Assembly: GCA_964252035.1 (NCBI GenBank)
Contig: OZ176209.1
Source of the DNA: Podarcis erhardii
Taxonomy: Eukaryota
DNA length: 64,000 bases
Direction: 5' to 3' (one strand)
Part shown: positions 51,617 through 62,991 of the stretch, piece by piece
How positions within the stretch are numbered: the stretch's first letter is position 1
How the letters are laid out: each line of letters opens with the position of its first letter
Translations under genes and position numbers: made by a program
The notes under the pieces: model-generated
What the model was told of the DNA's origin: nothing
What the model saw: the letters and a program-made list of their open reading frames with translations, nothing else
Database searches by the model: none

Positions 51617-52041
51617 TCCCTTCCACTTCAGCAGGGTCTCAGTAGCTGTCCACTTACTGGTGCTGAATGGCTCCTGGGATGCAATCTCTTCTGCACAGGA
51701 GAGTTGGCACTTGCACAACCATGATCCCAGCCGTCCTCCCTTGCATTAATGCTTCACTCGTTCTTAGGCCACTGAGGCTTGTTGTTTTCACTCCAAAGGA
51801 GAATCAGCTGAGGTCTTGTGGAGGAAGCACCGAAGGGAGAGGAGTATGTGGCAAAGTGGAATGCCGTTTGGCTTTCCTGGGGGGTGGGGGTGGGAGGCCT
51901 GAGTGTGCTCACACGGTGCTTGTTCTTTTCCAACCCAACAGGCTTTCCCACTTTCCACCTTTCCAGAAGCTTATGCTGGCTTTTAAAATTTGTTCAGAAA
52001 TCAGCCTCCTCTCACACCCTCAGTTTTCTCTCAAACGTGGG

Positions 52042-52178
52042 AACGATGGGGAACTTGAGGCCTTCCAGATGCTGTTGGACTCAGATTCCCATCAGCCCCA
52101 GCCAGAAAGACCAAAGGTCAAGAATGATAGTAGCTGTAGTCCAGCAATATCTGAAGGGCCACAGGTTCCCCAACCCTT
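52042..52178. mobile_element. Degenerate palindromic hAT-type MITE
   Basis: GATGGGGAACTTGAGGCCTTCCAGATG...ATATCTGAAGGGCCACAGGTTCCCCAACC inverted arms. Confidence 0.7.
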
Positions 52179-52431
52179 ACAGGGTCTGTGTGCTGGAAGC
52201 AGTTTGTTTATTTATTTATTTTTAATGCAAAAGAATCTTTCAAACACTAAAAGCCACAGTGCTAAATGTTGAATGACCTCAAGCTTTCCCAGTGCCCCTG
52301 TTTTTACCCCATAAACTCTTAATTTCCCTCAGAAAATTTCATAGCCAAGTTCTATCCAGACTAATTCAGGATAGCTCTTGCTCTTGCCTGGCCTTAGCCA
52401 AAACTATATCTCGGCCTCTAGGCTGCTGCAT

Positions 52432-52433
<2 letters not shown>

Positions 52434-52483
<50 letters not shown>

Positions 52484-52499
52484 GCGCACACACACACAC
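52434..52499. repeat. (AC)n with embedded GTGCGCGCG (continuous purine-pyrimidine alternation)
   Basis: Direct reading. Confidence 0.95.
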
Positions 52500-55319
52500 T
52501 TCAAGTAAGAAGTTTTGTTAGAGAACTGCAATAAAATGTGCCCTCAGTTCCTAACAAGAGGGTTCCGCTCTAGACAGAACCTGAGCTTTGAAAGGCTCAT
52601 TAGGAGGAGGGTCCAAGACGAGGAAAAGAAAAACACTCTGTCTTCCCACAGAGTGCTATACAGTGCTAAGAGGCTGAAGATGAGGCAGCAGTCCCACTGG
52701 GACAGTGTGGAGATGAGGCAGGGCAGTGGCAAGGTTCTCCTGCACTGACCTCACTGTCACTCTGCCTACCCTGTGCTGGGGCAGGGATGTCTGCAGCCAG
52801 GAGACCAGGTCTATGGTGCTGCCCTCTGCACCAGTTGCTCCTGCCTGTGCATTAACTTACCACACAGCACTGAGCTTATGAGGTGCTTCGCCACTGAAAA
52901 CAGTAATAATAATGTATAGTGAAAGGAAAATGGACAGAAAAGAAAAGGCAAAATAAAGGAGGGGCAGAGATTAGCAGTGGAAGGTGAGATGTTCTCAATT
53001 TCAAGGGGAGAGGTGTCCATGAGCTTGAGTTTTTAATACAAGTTGCCCAAATATGTCTGTCCAGGTAACTCATTACATAAGAATGACTGCCTGGATTGAT
53101 CTCTAGACCTTGAAATGCAGAAAAATCCCTGGGTAATGGATGTTATTAGGTGGTCAAAGCAAAAGGAACACAACACACTCTGGGTTACTCTCCCAGCCCT
53201 TCTTGGAAATGTAAGAAATCAAACCGATAACTTTCTGAATGCAAAGCAGACTCTCTGACACTGAGGTACAGCCCTCCACCTGCCCTTGAAATTTGTATCA
53301 ACTTTGGGAGGCAATCCCACCATTGGCACTAATGAGAAATTGTTTCTATTTTTATCATAATATGTAAATCAGATTAATGGAAATTGAAAAGCAAAACATT
53401 GAGACAGTTGTAAATAAAATTTGTCCCCCAAGTTTTATGGTTTAACTACAACAGATAACAGGGTCACTTATATTTCAAAATTAATAATTGCAGTCTAACT
53501 CAGGGCCTTTATGTTACCCCGACTGAACGTTTTCCCCTCAGCTTTTATCAAGGGCAGATATTTAAACACCCCTTGAAACGATAGGCATTGCGAATGTTGT
53601 TTTGAATGTGCTGGACTTAGTAGAACATATTCTTTTCTACTGTCCATTGTACAACCAACTAAGTAAGCGTGTGCTATCCCCTTTTTTTTGGGTAGTCTAA
53701 TATCATGGCACAATGAAAATATCAGATTCTATCTGTCTGTCATTAACCCAGAAGTAACTGCAAGGGTGGCTGAGTTTTTATCAGTAGTATTTCTCAGAGT
53801 TGTGAATGGCACTATTTCATGGGAAGAAACTCCAGTGAAAATCCTCATTATTACATGGCTATTTATTTGTATATATTTTAAAATTTTATATATGGATGTT
53901 TTATGATGGCCTATATTTGTAATGCCTAATAAAAGTTTGGTGAAGTAAGTAAGAGAAATTGCTTCCAATCACCATCTTCTAATTCAGACCCTGAAGTGCC
54001 TCTAGTGTTAACATCTTCCTTGCTTTTGAGCTGGGGAGAAGTGAATCAACAGTCCTTTTGGTCAACTTCTAATTCCGTCTCTCTATAATTCTCCTTCCCA
54101 CCCACCAGATTGTACTCAGCCGGGGCCCAAAATACTTCCAGCCTTAGAGATTCCAGAGAGTAGAAATGAATGGAAAGTTTATCAATGATAACCCAAACCA
54201 TCTAGTTCTCTGTTTGCTGTTTTCTTTTCATGAGACATACAGGAAAAGATACAAAGACGGAAAGGTCAGCTTTCCTCTGTGGTTCCAGAAGCAATATTAT
54301 GTTCAGGCAAAGGCCACATCCATATCCGTCAGTCTGTTTTCCCCCTGAATTGTCTTAAGCTTAGACTTTCTCTCTCTCTCTTCTGAGACCTATGAGACTT
54401 TTGGGGACCAGTGAAGCAGAAAGCAGAAGGCACTCTTCTTCAGAGCTATACGGAACCAGAGAGTCTGGAAATGCAGCAATTAAAATTGCTGTCCCAATTT
54501 CATCTTCTTCTTCTTGCAGCCTCTAACTGGATGCTAAAGTAAACTAATGACACTTAGAATTCTCCTCAAAATTCTCCTGATAGTGAACATCAGCATTTGA
54601 CGGGCAATGGTTGTTTAGCAGCAGTCAGTATTTGATGGTATTTGCCTCTCAGCTGACATGCAGTACTTTGTCAGTATGGTCTAACAGACAGAGCTGCCTA
54701 TTGATTTCTCAGGGAGGCAAAATCAGCACGCAAGCCTACCACTCCAGATGAACTGGATTGGGGACGGAATCTGCATCCAGAGCGAATGGTAACTGTGCGG
54801 CTGAGGGAATCTTTTCCTCTGCGCTGGGAAGTAGTATGCAGTCTCCGCATTGCACTGCACCTCTATCTTTCCGAATGTAGCACCAATTAAGTAGAGGAAA
54901 CAAAACATTGCATTTTAATTGCCCTTTGTGATGGCTGCTAGTTCCCCAGAGACAGATTCTGCGGAGGCTTTTTTTGGGCAAAGTCCAGCAGTGCCCCGAG
55001 AAATATTGAAAATAGAAGACATCAGGTTTGGCAGAAGAAAAAAGACCACTGCACCTTGGCTAAGGGAATATTCTAAAGGAAGCTTTCCAAAGCTAAGGGA
55101 GAGTGCCAGTTTGCCCAATTCCCATTAAAATGTTAGGCATCAGAAAGACTCATGGGCCTTTCCCCTGAGCTGTAGAATTCCCTTCCCACAGAAGTGCATC
55201 TGCCACCTTCATTGTATGGCCCTTTTGCCAATATGCTGAAGATGTGCCTCTTTGCTCTGGCCTTTGACAAGCAGATATAGATAGACAGAGATATTAGATT
55301 AGAGAGAGAATAGGTTGCA

Positions 55320-55445
55320 CCCTGACTATAAATGGTTTTAACTGATTTTAATCTCGTATTTTTAAATTATTGTAACCCATCCTGGGATCTTATGGTGAAG
55401 ACCAGGAAAGATGATGATGGTGGTAATGATGATAAGTAATAATTT
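55320..55445 (+). mobile_element. Old LINE/SINE 3' tail fragment
   Basis: TTTTAAATTATTGTAACCCATCCTGGGATCTTATGGTGAAGACCAGG followed by a (GAT/AAT)n tail, a typical reptile L2-type terminus (recalled). Confidence 0.45.
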
Positions 55446-56962
55446 TGACCACATTTCTGTGGGTCCTGAACACACCCATATTTTTATTAACTATTGGGCA
55501 GGTAAGGAGATGTTATAAGCTGCTTTCTGGTTGCTTTGATGGTTCCCCATTTATTTACAGTATTTTCTTTTTCTGAAACTTCCAGGTTGCTGGTCTTTTC
55601 TCCTACAAACATCCCTTTCTTTTCCTAGCAAGGAAGTGAACACCCCCCCCCCCAATTTATGCCAGCCTTTGAGATCACATGGTTATTTATCCGGGGGGTA
55701 GGGTGGGAATAGGCCTGGAGGCGGAGTGAGATATGCTCATTTCTTGCAAAAGCTTGTTCTTGTATAGGTGGTACTCCTTCCAGCGCAGCTAGGACATCAC
55801 TTCTCACCATTTCTGGTTATATGCTCACCTGGTACCCCAGCATATCCCCATTGATTCCTGTTTAGGTACAATCTAGCTTCTCCTTGCTTTCCAGAATGTT
55901 GACATGATGACTTCATTCACATCAATATGTCAGCTAAGCCCTCTTAAACTTATACCAGTCTTGCCTTTAGTTCTGGGGATGTTGTTTGATGTGCATATGA
56001 GACTTTTCTGTCCTCCATAAGATTAGAAATCAGAATCATTCAATGAAACTGATTGGCAGTAGATTTGAGACACGCAAACAAATCTGTGCAGTTTCTCACA
56101 TGCTAATGGTCTCTTGAAATTCTCCACCTTGTTTGTGGATAGAGAAACAGAGGTGGAACATTTCATCATATTTCTATAGGGGAGGAGAAATTTTCTAATA
56201 GTTTCTTCATTAGTAGTAGTAGCAGCAGCAGCAGCACAGCCTCTTCTCTGTTTCTTTAAAGAATTGTTCCTGGTCATTGTAAGTGGCAGCAACTATGTTT
56301 TGAATCCAGCTCAGTGTCATGGGCCTAGTATTGGTTTGGGTTATTGTGTATTGGGTGTGAAAGAATTATGGCCAACACACACACAAAAGATGGTGGAGAC
56401 TATTGAAGGAAAATGCAGCAAAATTCTCATTTCCTGAGTGTTGTGGGGGTGTTGTATTGTGTTGTTATTGAGAAAAGTAATGATCTCAGAATTTTTCTCA
56501 GAAGAAAATGACTCCTCAACTTTACTTTCTCAACACTATATGACAAATAGATGATAGACAGATAGATAATCTGTTTCTCTACCATGTCCCCTTTTGGTCA
56601 TTCTTTGCCCCAAACTCTAAAAAGGCTAGATCTTTGAGCCTTTCCCCATTGGGAAGACACTCCTTTTTTTATATACCTTTTCCAGTTCTCCAGTATACTT
56701 TTTGAGTAGGGAGTACCCGCAAACAGAGATAGATTGAGTCATGTGATCATTTTCAGGTTATAAAATTGAAATCCCCTTCATAAATGCATTCCACTTCTTT
56801 GCTCTTGAAATTTCTACTGTAACTAGGGTTAAACAGGTATTTGCCCCCCCCCCCCCGTGGTAAGGAGTGCTGTGAAATTTAAATGTCTGTAAATAGCTAC
56901 GATTCAGCTAAAGTTAAATATGAACAAACATTATTGTCCTTTATACGAATTAGTACAAGATT

Positions 56963-57172
56963 TGGCATCAGGGAGCCTTGATGTCTTGCTGCAATTCTGC
57001 TCTTGACATATTGAATGGCTTTGGGCAAGTCAAGCAGACTCTCATTCCCTTTCACCATCTTTAAAGTGCGAATAACAATATCTACCTTCCGATCTGAGCT
57101 CTCAAGGGCATTGTGCAGATTAATTAATACTTGGCAATGGCTGTGCATGTCTTCGGAAAAGAGCATTAAATA
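56963..57172 (+). mobile_element. Ancient MIR/CORE-SINE (amniote MIR-like)
   Basis: TTGGGCAAGTCA...CATCTTTAAAGTGCGAATAACAATATCTACCT...GGGCATTGTGCAGATTAATTAAT is collinear with the recalled MIR core and tail (CCTTGGGCAAGTCA...CATCTGTAAAATGGGGATAATAATACCTACCT...GTTGTGAGGATTAA). Confidence 0.65.
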
Positions 57173-57957
57173 CCAGCTGTTATCAGAATGTCAGTGTGCC
57201 TTCCTTGCGCTTATGGTTCTTGCAGACTGACGTGCTGATATATGACGACTTCATGTGGGTCCTTTGGCATCCCTTGCTGGGTATTGGTGTCAGGCACGAT
57301 TCACTGATTTCCCCAAGTAATGACAGCTTCTCTTCTGTCTGATTTACAATCCACTGGTGGGTGCTCTTGTAATGAGCTCACACCTTCTTTCAGAATCCTA
57401 CCCAGGCCATGGAAATGTCCTCCATTTATCCCAGCCTCCAGCACCCTGGTGTCTTCTAGGATTTTAGAGTACAACTTCCAGGATGGGAGCTGTAGTCCAA
57501 GACAGCTGAGGGACATCAGGTTGGCAAAGGCTGATTTAACCTGTGTTCCCCAGAAACCTTGGTTGGCCCTCACTTGCTCTTCTGTCACACAAATGAACTG
57601 CCAAACACAATGCAACACCTTTCCTTCTGCCAGACTGGAGGTTTATTTGTGAAGGGTTGCCCCAGCTACTTCCCTCAAAGCTTTATCAGCTGCCTTTTCT
57701 AATTTCTTGGTTCAACTATTGCTATTGCAAAGAAGCATCCTGAAAATTCAAAATGAATTTCCAAAGTGGTGCACAATAAATATGAATTAAAAATGAAAAC
57801 ACGTTTCAAATCCAACCTCAAATATTAAACCAACTGAGCAGAAGCAGGACAGAAACACAACACCAGCATCAGAAGAAGAAGAAGAAGACAAAGAAGAAGA
57901 AAAAGAAGAAGAGAAGGATATGCTTGGTGAATGTTGTCAGTCCTCTCATAAAATGGA

Positions 57958-57960
<3 letters not shown>

Positions 57961-58030
<70 letters not shown>
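57961..58030. repeat. (CT)20(CA)15 compound microsatellite
   Basis: Direct reading. Confidence 0.95.
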
Positions 58031-58032
<2 letters not shown>

Positions 58033-59217
58033 ATTTTCACAACCTGGGGTATGGAGTGGTGAAATTGTGCAGTGGGGGAGAGATTTTATTACAGCTCTAA
58101 AAATCAGAACTCTAAATAGTGGCCAGCAACAAATATGAAGCCAGTTGTTCCAGTGCTAATCTGGGGTCAGGATGGAAACCAACCAGTTTCTTGTCTCCTT
58201 TCTCTGTTAATGAGCTTGCCTCTGATATGAATTATTCCTTTGCAAAAATGAACTTGCATTGCTCTGATAGATGAGATGCAGCTGTTCTGAAGGACTTGGC
58301 AGTCCCCAGTTCTTGATAACACACTAGTTAAATCTCTCCAAATTCAGATTGTGCCTCCCAATAAATTGAACATCAGAGGCTTTCTTCGTCATCCCATAAT
58401 TTTCTTCTCCTGCATTCAGCAGAAATGTTGCCAAGGCTTCAGCATCCTTTGTTAAAGAGAGGAATGGGTTTACTTGGAATCAGCACTCTCTGCTCACTGA
58501 GGGATGCAACAAGCGTGGCATAGGAGAGCCATGATTGGTACCCTAATGGCATCCTTTATGATCTAAATGCAGCTGCATGGGGAAGGGGCAGGTGCTCCAG
58601 TTCTGAGCAGAGCAGTAATTCGGGTGTGTGGGTGTGTTATTTAACTCTTTCTGCCCACTACTGCTTCCCAGTTGAAACACCTCCCCCCCCCAGGGGAGGC
58701 TGCTATAATTAGCCCCACAGGGGGGAATATGTGCACGATACAGGTTAAGATTCTCGAGGGATTTGATCTGCTACATGGAGAGGAGGCCGAGTGAAGAGAT
58801 GGTGATGGAAGGCAAAAGTGCTGGTGAATCCAAGTCAGCACAGTGGACCCAGTGCATTTGTACCATGCCAGTTATGCAAGTTCCTCTCCTCTCCCCCTTC
58901 GCTATCCCAGCATTGTGCCCTGCAGTCCTTATTTAGCTAAACAAATAGCCAATGCAAAAGCAAGGCCTGTTTATCTGAAATTTAACCTTGAGTTCAATGG
59001 GTAGAGTTTCATATCATCCGAGGAGCATTTGAAGTTCAAAGCTGGCACTGCTTCATTCCCTCTAAAAGCACAGGTCTAGGGTGCAACAAATGCTTCCTCC
59101 GAGGTTTCTGATTCATGTTGAAAAAGCCAGACGCTAACCGCAGAATGCAGGACTTTCCGGTAGGAAACAAATTCCTAGTCACAACAATAATGACGAACAC
59201 GTTTACATCTCTATAGT

Positions 59218-59277
<60 letters not shown>
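59218..59277. repeat. (AAGA)n microsatellite
   Basis: Direct reading. Confidence 0.95.
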
Positions 59278-59278
<1 letters not shown>

Positions 59279-59418
59279 TAGGTACCTTGGAGGGGCATGG
59301 TGGACATGTAAAATATCTTCCTATAAGACTATTTTTTTTTTTGCTCAAATTAAACCAGAAAAGAACTGACAAAGTTTCCTCTTGCGGAGAAAAATCCACC
59401 ACCAAGTGTCAAGCACTG

Positions 59419-59419
<1 letters not shown>

Positions 59420-59465
<46 letters not shown>
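59420..59465. repeat. (TA)n microsatellite
   Basis: Direct reading. Confidence 0.95.
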
Positions 59466-59468
<3 letters not shown>

Positions 59469-60274
59469 TTCCCTTATGCTTAAACTCACTCTCTCGATTT
59501 CTCTCCATCCACCTGTACCCTTTCCAAGATGTCTGCTTCTTTAGAAAATGAAACCTCTGTGTAATATATTGACAGAAGAAGAATAAACAACAGAGAGGCG
59601 CCCTGTGATATTTGTGTACGAATGGGGAGAGACTGGCTGTCATCCTGCAGGCTGGAGAATGCTCCTTGTGTGTCAAATGTTGGCTTCTCCCCCCTCATCA
59701 AAATGCCTTCCTTACACACGTCCAGAGGGACTGGGGCAGGAGTAGCACGTAATTAATTTTTATTGTAAGAGTTCCCGTCTCTGGATGGTATGTTTGCCAA
59801 GATGATAAAGTCTCCAGAACAATCGCAGACTTAATTATGAATCTCTTTCCAAGGAATAAAAGAAAGGGAGTGGCTAGCAACAAAAAAATACCCATTGAAA
59901 GGCGGTGGTGGCAGTGGAGGGAGGGTGACTGCAATGTAAGAATTGACAGTTTCTGGTGAGTTTTCTGAGGGTGAGATGGTTTTTTCCCCCTGAGAATGAT
60001 TGGATTTCAAACCAGGGGCAATGTGGAGCATGAATGTTAATGCCATGAAGACCACTGACATAAGTAACAATAATGACTCCATCCCGTGAGGACTTAGCTC
60101 TTAAATCTGAAAGAACTATTATTTTATTTCTATCCTGCTCCTACACCCTCAGAACTGGGACTCAAGGTTGCTCATGAAAATTAAAACAAATGCAGATAAA
60201 ACACACCTAGCTGCAAACATAGAATAAATTATCTATGAAATATGTATGTGTGTGTGTGTATACACATATATATT

Positions 60275-60312
<38 letters not shown>

Positions 60313-60679
60313 TAAAATCCAGATCAGCACCACCACCACCACCACCAATAACAACACAATGCAGCCTTTTCCTTAAAAGCAGTCAGTTCTCAAAAGTCTC
60401 CATTTGCTTTTCAATTCTTGGCCTCTTTCTTCAGGAGTACTCCTCATTTCGCCTGCTTGCTCTTGCTTCTGAAGAGTTTGCAGGGATTTGCATGCCTTTC
60501 CTTCTCCTCCATTCCCTTGTTTTTTGCCCATTACTTACTAGGTGGGATCTGCAAGGGACAAGTGAAGGGCAAAATGTATGAAAAATGTAATGTGAACTGC
60601 TCTGCAGGCCTCAAAAATGCCTTTTCTGAGACTTTTCTAACTTTTCTGTTAACCTGATTGCTTCATGCAGTCGTCATGT

Positions 60680-60707
60680 GATCTTGTCAGATCTCAGAAA
60701 GAAAGCA
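60680..60707 (+). mobile_element. Decayed 5S rRNA-like fragment (probable 5S-headed SINE remnant)
   Basis: GATCTTGTCAGATCTCAGAAAGAAAGCA matches vertebrate 5S GATCTCGTCTGATCTCGGAAGCTAAGCA at 22/28; two differences are CpG transitions. The rest of 5S is not recognisable. Confidence 0.4.
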
Positions 60708-61818
60708 CTGTTGGATATGGATGGAATTTGTCTTGGTGACCTTCAACCCAGGTCAATGAAAGAAAGTAGAAGGGCACTAGAGTCAATGGCAGTGTTGCAC
60801 TGGTCTACCATAGGGTTTTGCTAATAATGAAAATGAGTTTTAGCCTCAAAAACACTCCCCTCAAAATTCTCTGAAAATTTTGAGGCGAATATTCTCTGAT
60901 TACTTTCTGGATGTGTGGATATTCAACTAATATTTGATATTCACTATCAGCACCCAAAGTTTTTGGAGTAGTAGTCAACATTTTTGACAGTATTTGATAT
61001 GTAGTAATCACGATTTGATAGGACTTGTCTGCTGACATGTAACGGCTGTCAACATTTGACAGTATCTGAAAATGACACTGATTATAAGACAGCCTTTGAC
61101 AGCCAGCATGCATTAGCAGTCAATATTTGACAGTTGCTGATAGAATAATTGCAATCAAATTTAGTAAATGTCGCATTAACTTCTGTCACCCAGCCAGTTC
61201 AAGCAAGATTCAATTTTGATACCAAAACATAAACTGAGAAACTTACTTCATTTTGAAATTTTGCCAAATTTTGTTTCGGCTCAAATTCTGATCCAGCAGT
61301 CACATGTTCATTTCCCCATAAACATAAATACTAGCCCTTGGCATTTGTATATCTTTAAGATTTCTCTGGCTTGTGACAAAACTTGATGGATGTATCTTGA
61401 ACTGTCAGTTCAGGCATTCATATTACATACGCCAGTAATATTTGCTAATTGCAATGCTGTGTCCTCTCCCTTGCTCCTTGAAGCCTTGCTTGGATCCTTG
61501 TATGTTGGGAACTGTTAACCACTGCCTCATGTGGTAAGCTCCATAAGTGCAGCCTCTTGGGGATGAGCTTTGTAGATCTGGCCTGGCTTCTTCCACCTAT
61601 GCTGGCCCTTGGTTCTTCCTGGGCAGGAAGGAGTAGATGAGCACTTCTTTTCCAAGCTGAGTTTTGCTGGCACAATGTCCACACAAGCTCTAGTGTGTCT
61701 TGCATTTCTCTAGTTTGCTGTCTGATTGGATTATTATTTGGTCCTCATTCCTCACTTGTCCTCTGATCTTGCCTTCTGAGTTGCCTTCTGCTCCTGATTG
61801 CTCTTTGGTCTTGATTCA

Positions 61819-62012
61819 CAGGAGCTTTCTTGATGCTTTCTTGTACCAAATCAGATCACTGGTCCATCTAGCTCTGTATTGTCTACACTCTGACTAGCAG
61901 CAGTTCTCCCAGGTTTCAGATGTGGGTCTCTTCCTGCCTTATTTTGGAGACTGAACCTAAGTCCTTCTACAAACCAAGTAGATATTCCACCACTGAACTA
62001 TGAGCCTCTTCC
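61819..62012 (-). mobile_element. tRNA-derived SINE (Squam3-like)
   Basis: Reverse complement of GGAAGAGGCTCATAGTTCAGTGGTGGAATATC...GTAGACAATACAGAGCTAGATGGACCAGTGATCTGA. Confidence 0.75.
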
Positions 62013-62808
62013 AAGACTCCTGGCTTGTTCTGTCTGGAACCCAGCACACCTGGCACTGCCTTTGAATCCTAGTGCCCTTCCAGTTTGGGATCTCACTTCC
62101 TGGCTTTCCCCAAACTACTTCCCATGACCCAGCCCTGACACTCTGTGAGATCTGTTCCTTCTCACAACATAGGTAAATTTCAGTGGCAATCAAATGATCC
62201 CCACAGAATTGTACACACAGATCTCTCAAAGAATGAGTACTTAATCCTGGGAGAATGTTGCTTTGCCTCTATATTGAATCCTAGCTGTGGAGGCATTCCT
62301 TTGTTCAAATTCAGAAAACAATAATGCCCAGAATTTATCTTAATCACTGTGCATTGGCTCTTCAAAAGGATTCACACCCTAAAACTGATAAGCTGCCTGC
62401 ATAGGAGGTTTGCATGTAGATATCACGAAGCAGCATAAAGCATGAATCACACTGCAGTCTCAAGCTGAATGACAATCTGGCCTGGCATGGTGGAGACTGT
62501 GAAGTAGGTAACTGTGAAGGAGTGGTATGGGCCACACTGTGTGCCAGCTCCAAATCTGTTAGATCAGATATGTATCATAATAGGTTCTTATTATTTAAAT
62601 GCTGCCTTGGCTTTGGCAGCTGCTTCAGCAGAGCCCTGTCCAACATGCTCCACTATATGGAGGGATTAAGGTGACATGGCAACTTCCTTTGCCACTGTCA
62701 CCACGAGGGGTTGTTTGCCCTTCTGGACCCACCTGACATGAGAGGAGCAGCATGCAATCAGACCATGCTGAATGGGCTTCTGCATTGCAAAGGAGAGACA
62801 CAGTTAGT

Positions 62809-62991
62809 GGAAAGGGCCATAGCTCAGTGGTGTAGCCTTCTGTTTTACATGCAGAACACCCCAGGTTCAATTCTCAGCATCTCCAGAAAGGGCTCAAAAT
62901 GCCTCCTGCTGGAAAAACCTGGAGAACCTCAGTTTAGGCAATACTGAAGTAGATAGATCAATGATCTGGCTCTGCATAAGACAACTTCCTA
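62809..62991 (+). mobile_element. tRNA-derived SINE (Squam3-like)
   Basis: GGAAAGGGCCATAGCTCAGTGG (A box)...CCCAGGTTCAATTCTCAGCATCTCC (B box)...GGCAATACTGAAGTAGAT...ACAACTTCCTA tail. Confidence 0.8.

Noticed and set aside
58835-58855. RE1/NRSE-like TCAGCAC-AGT-GGAC
   Set aside because: Spacing fits, but it lacks the conserved C after TCAGCAC and the AG after GGAC; too weak to call.
6772-60581. ORFs with SLSLSL, CVCVCV, NNNN, LLLL, PSFL, ERERER or YIYIYI runs
   Set aside because: Translations of microsatellites.
62809-62885. Possible tRNA gene
   Set aside because: A and B boxes are present but the cloverleaf is decayed and it continues into a SINE body and tail; multiple diverged copies in the window.
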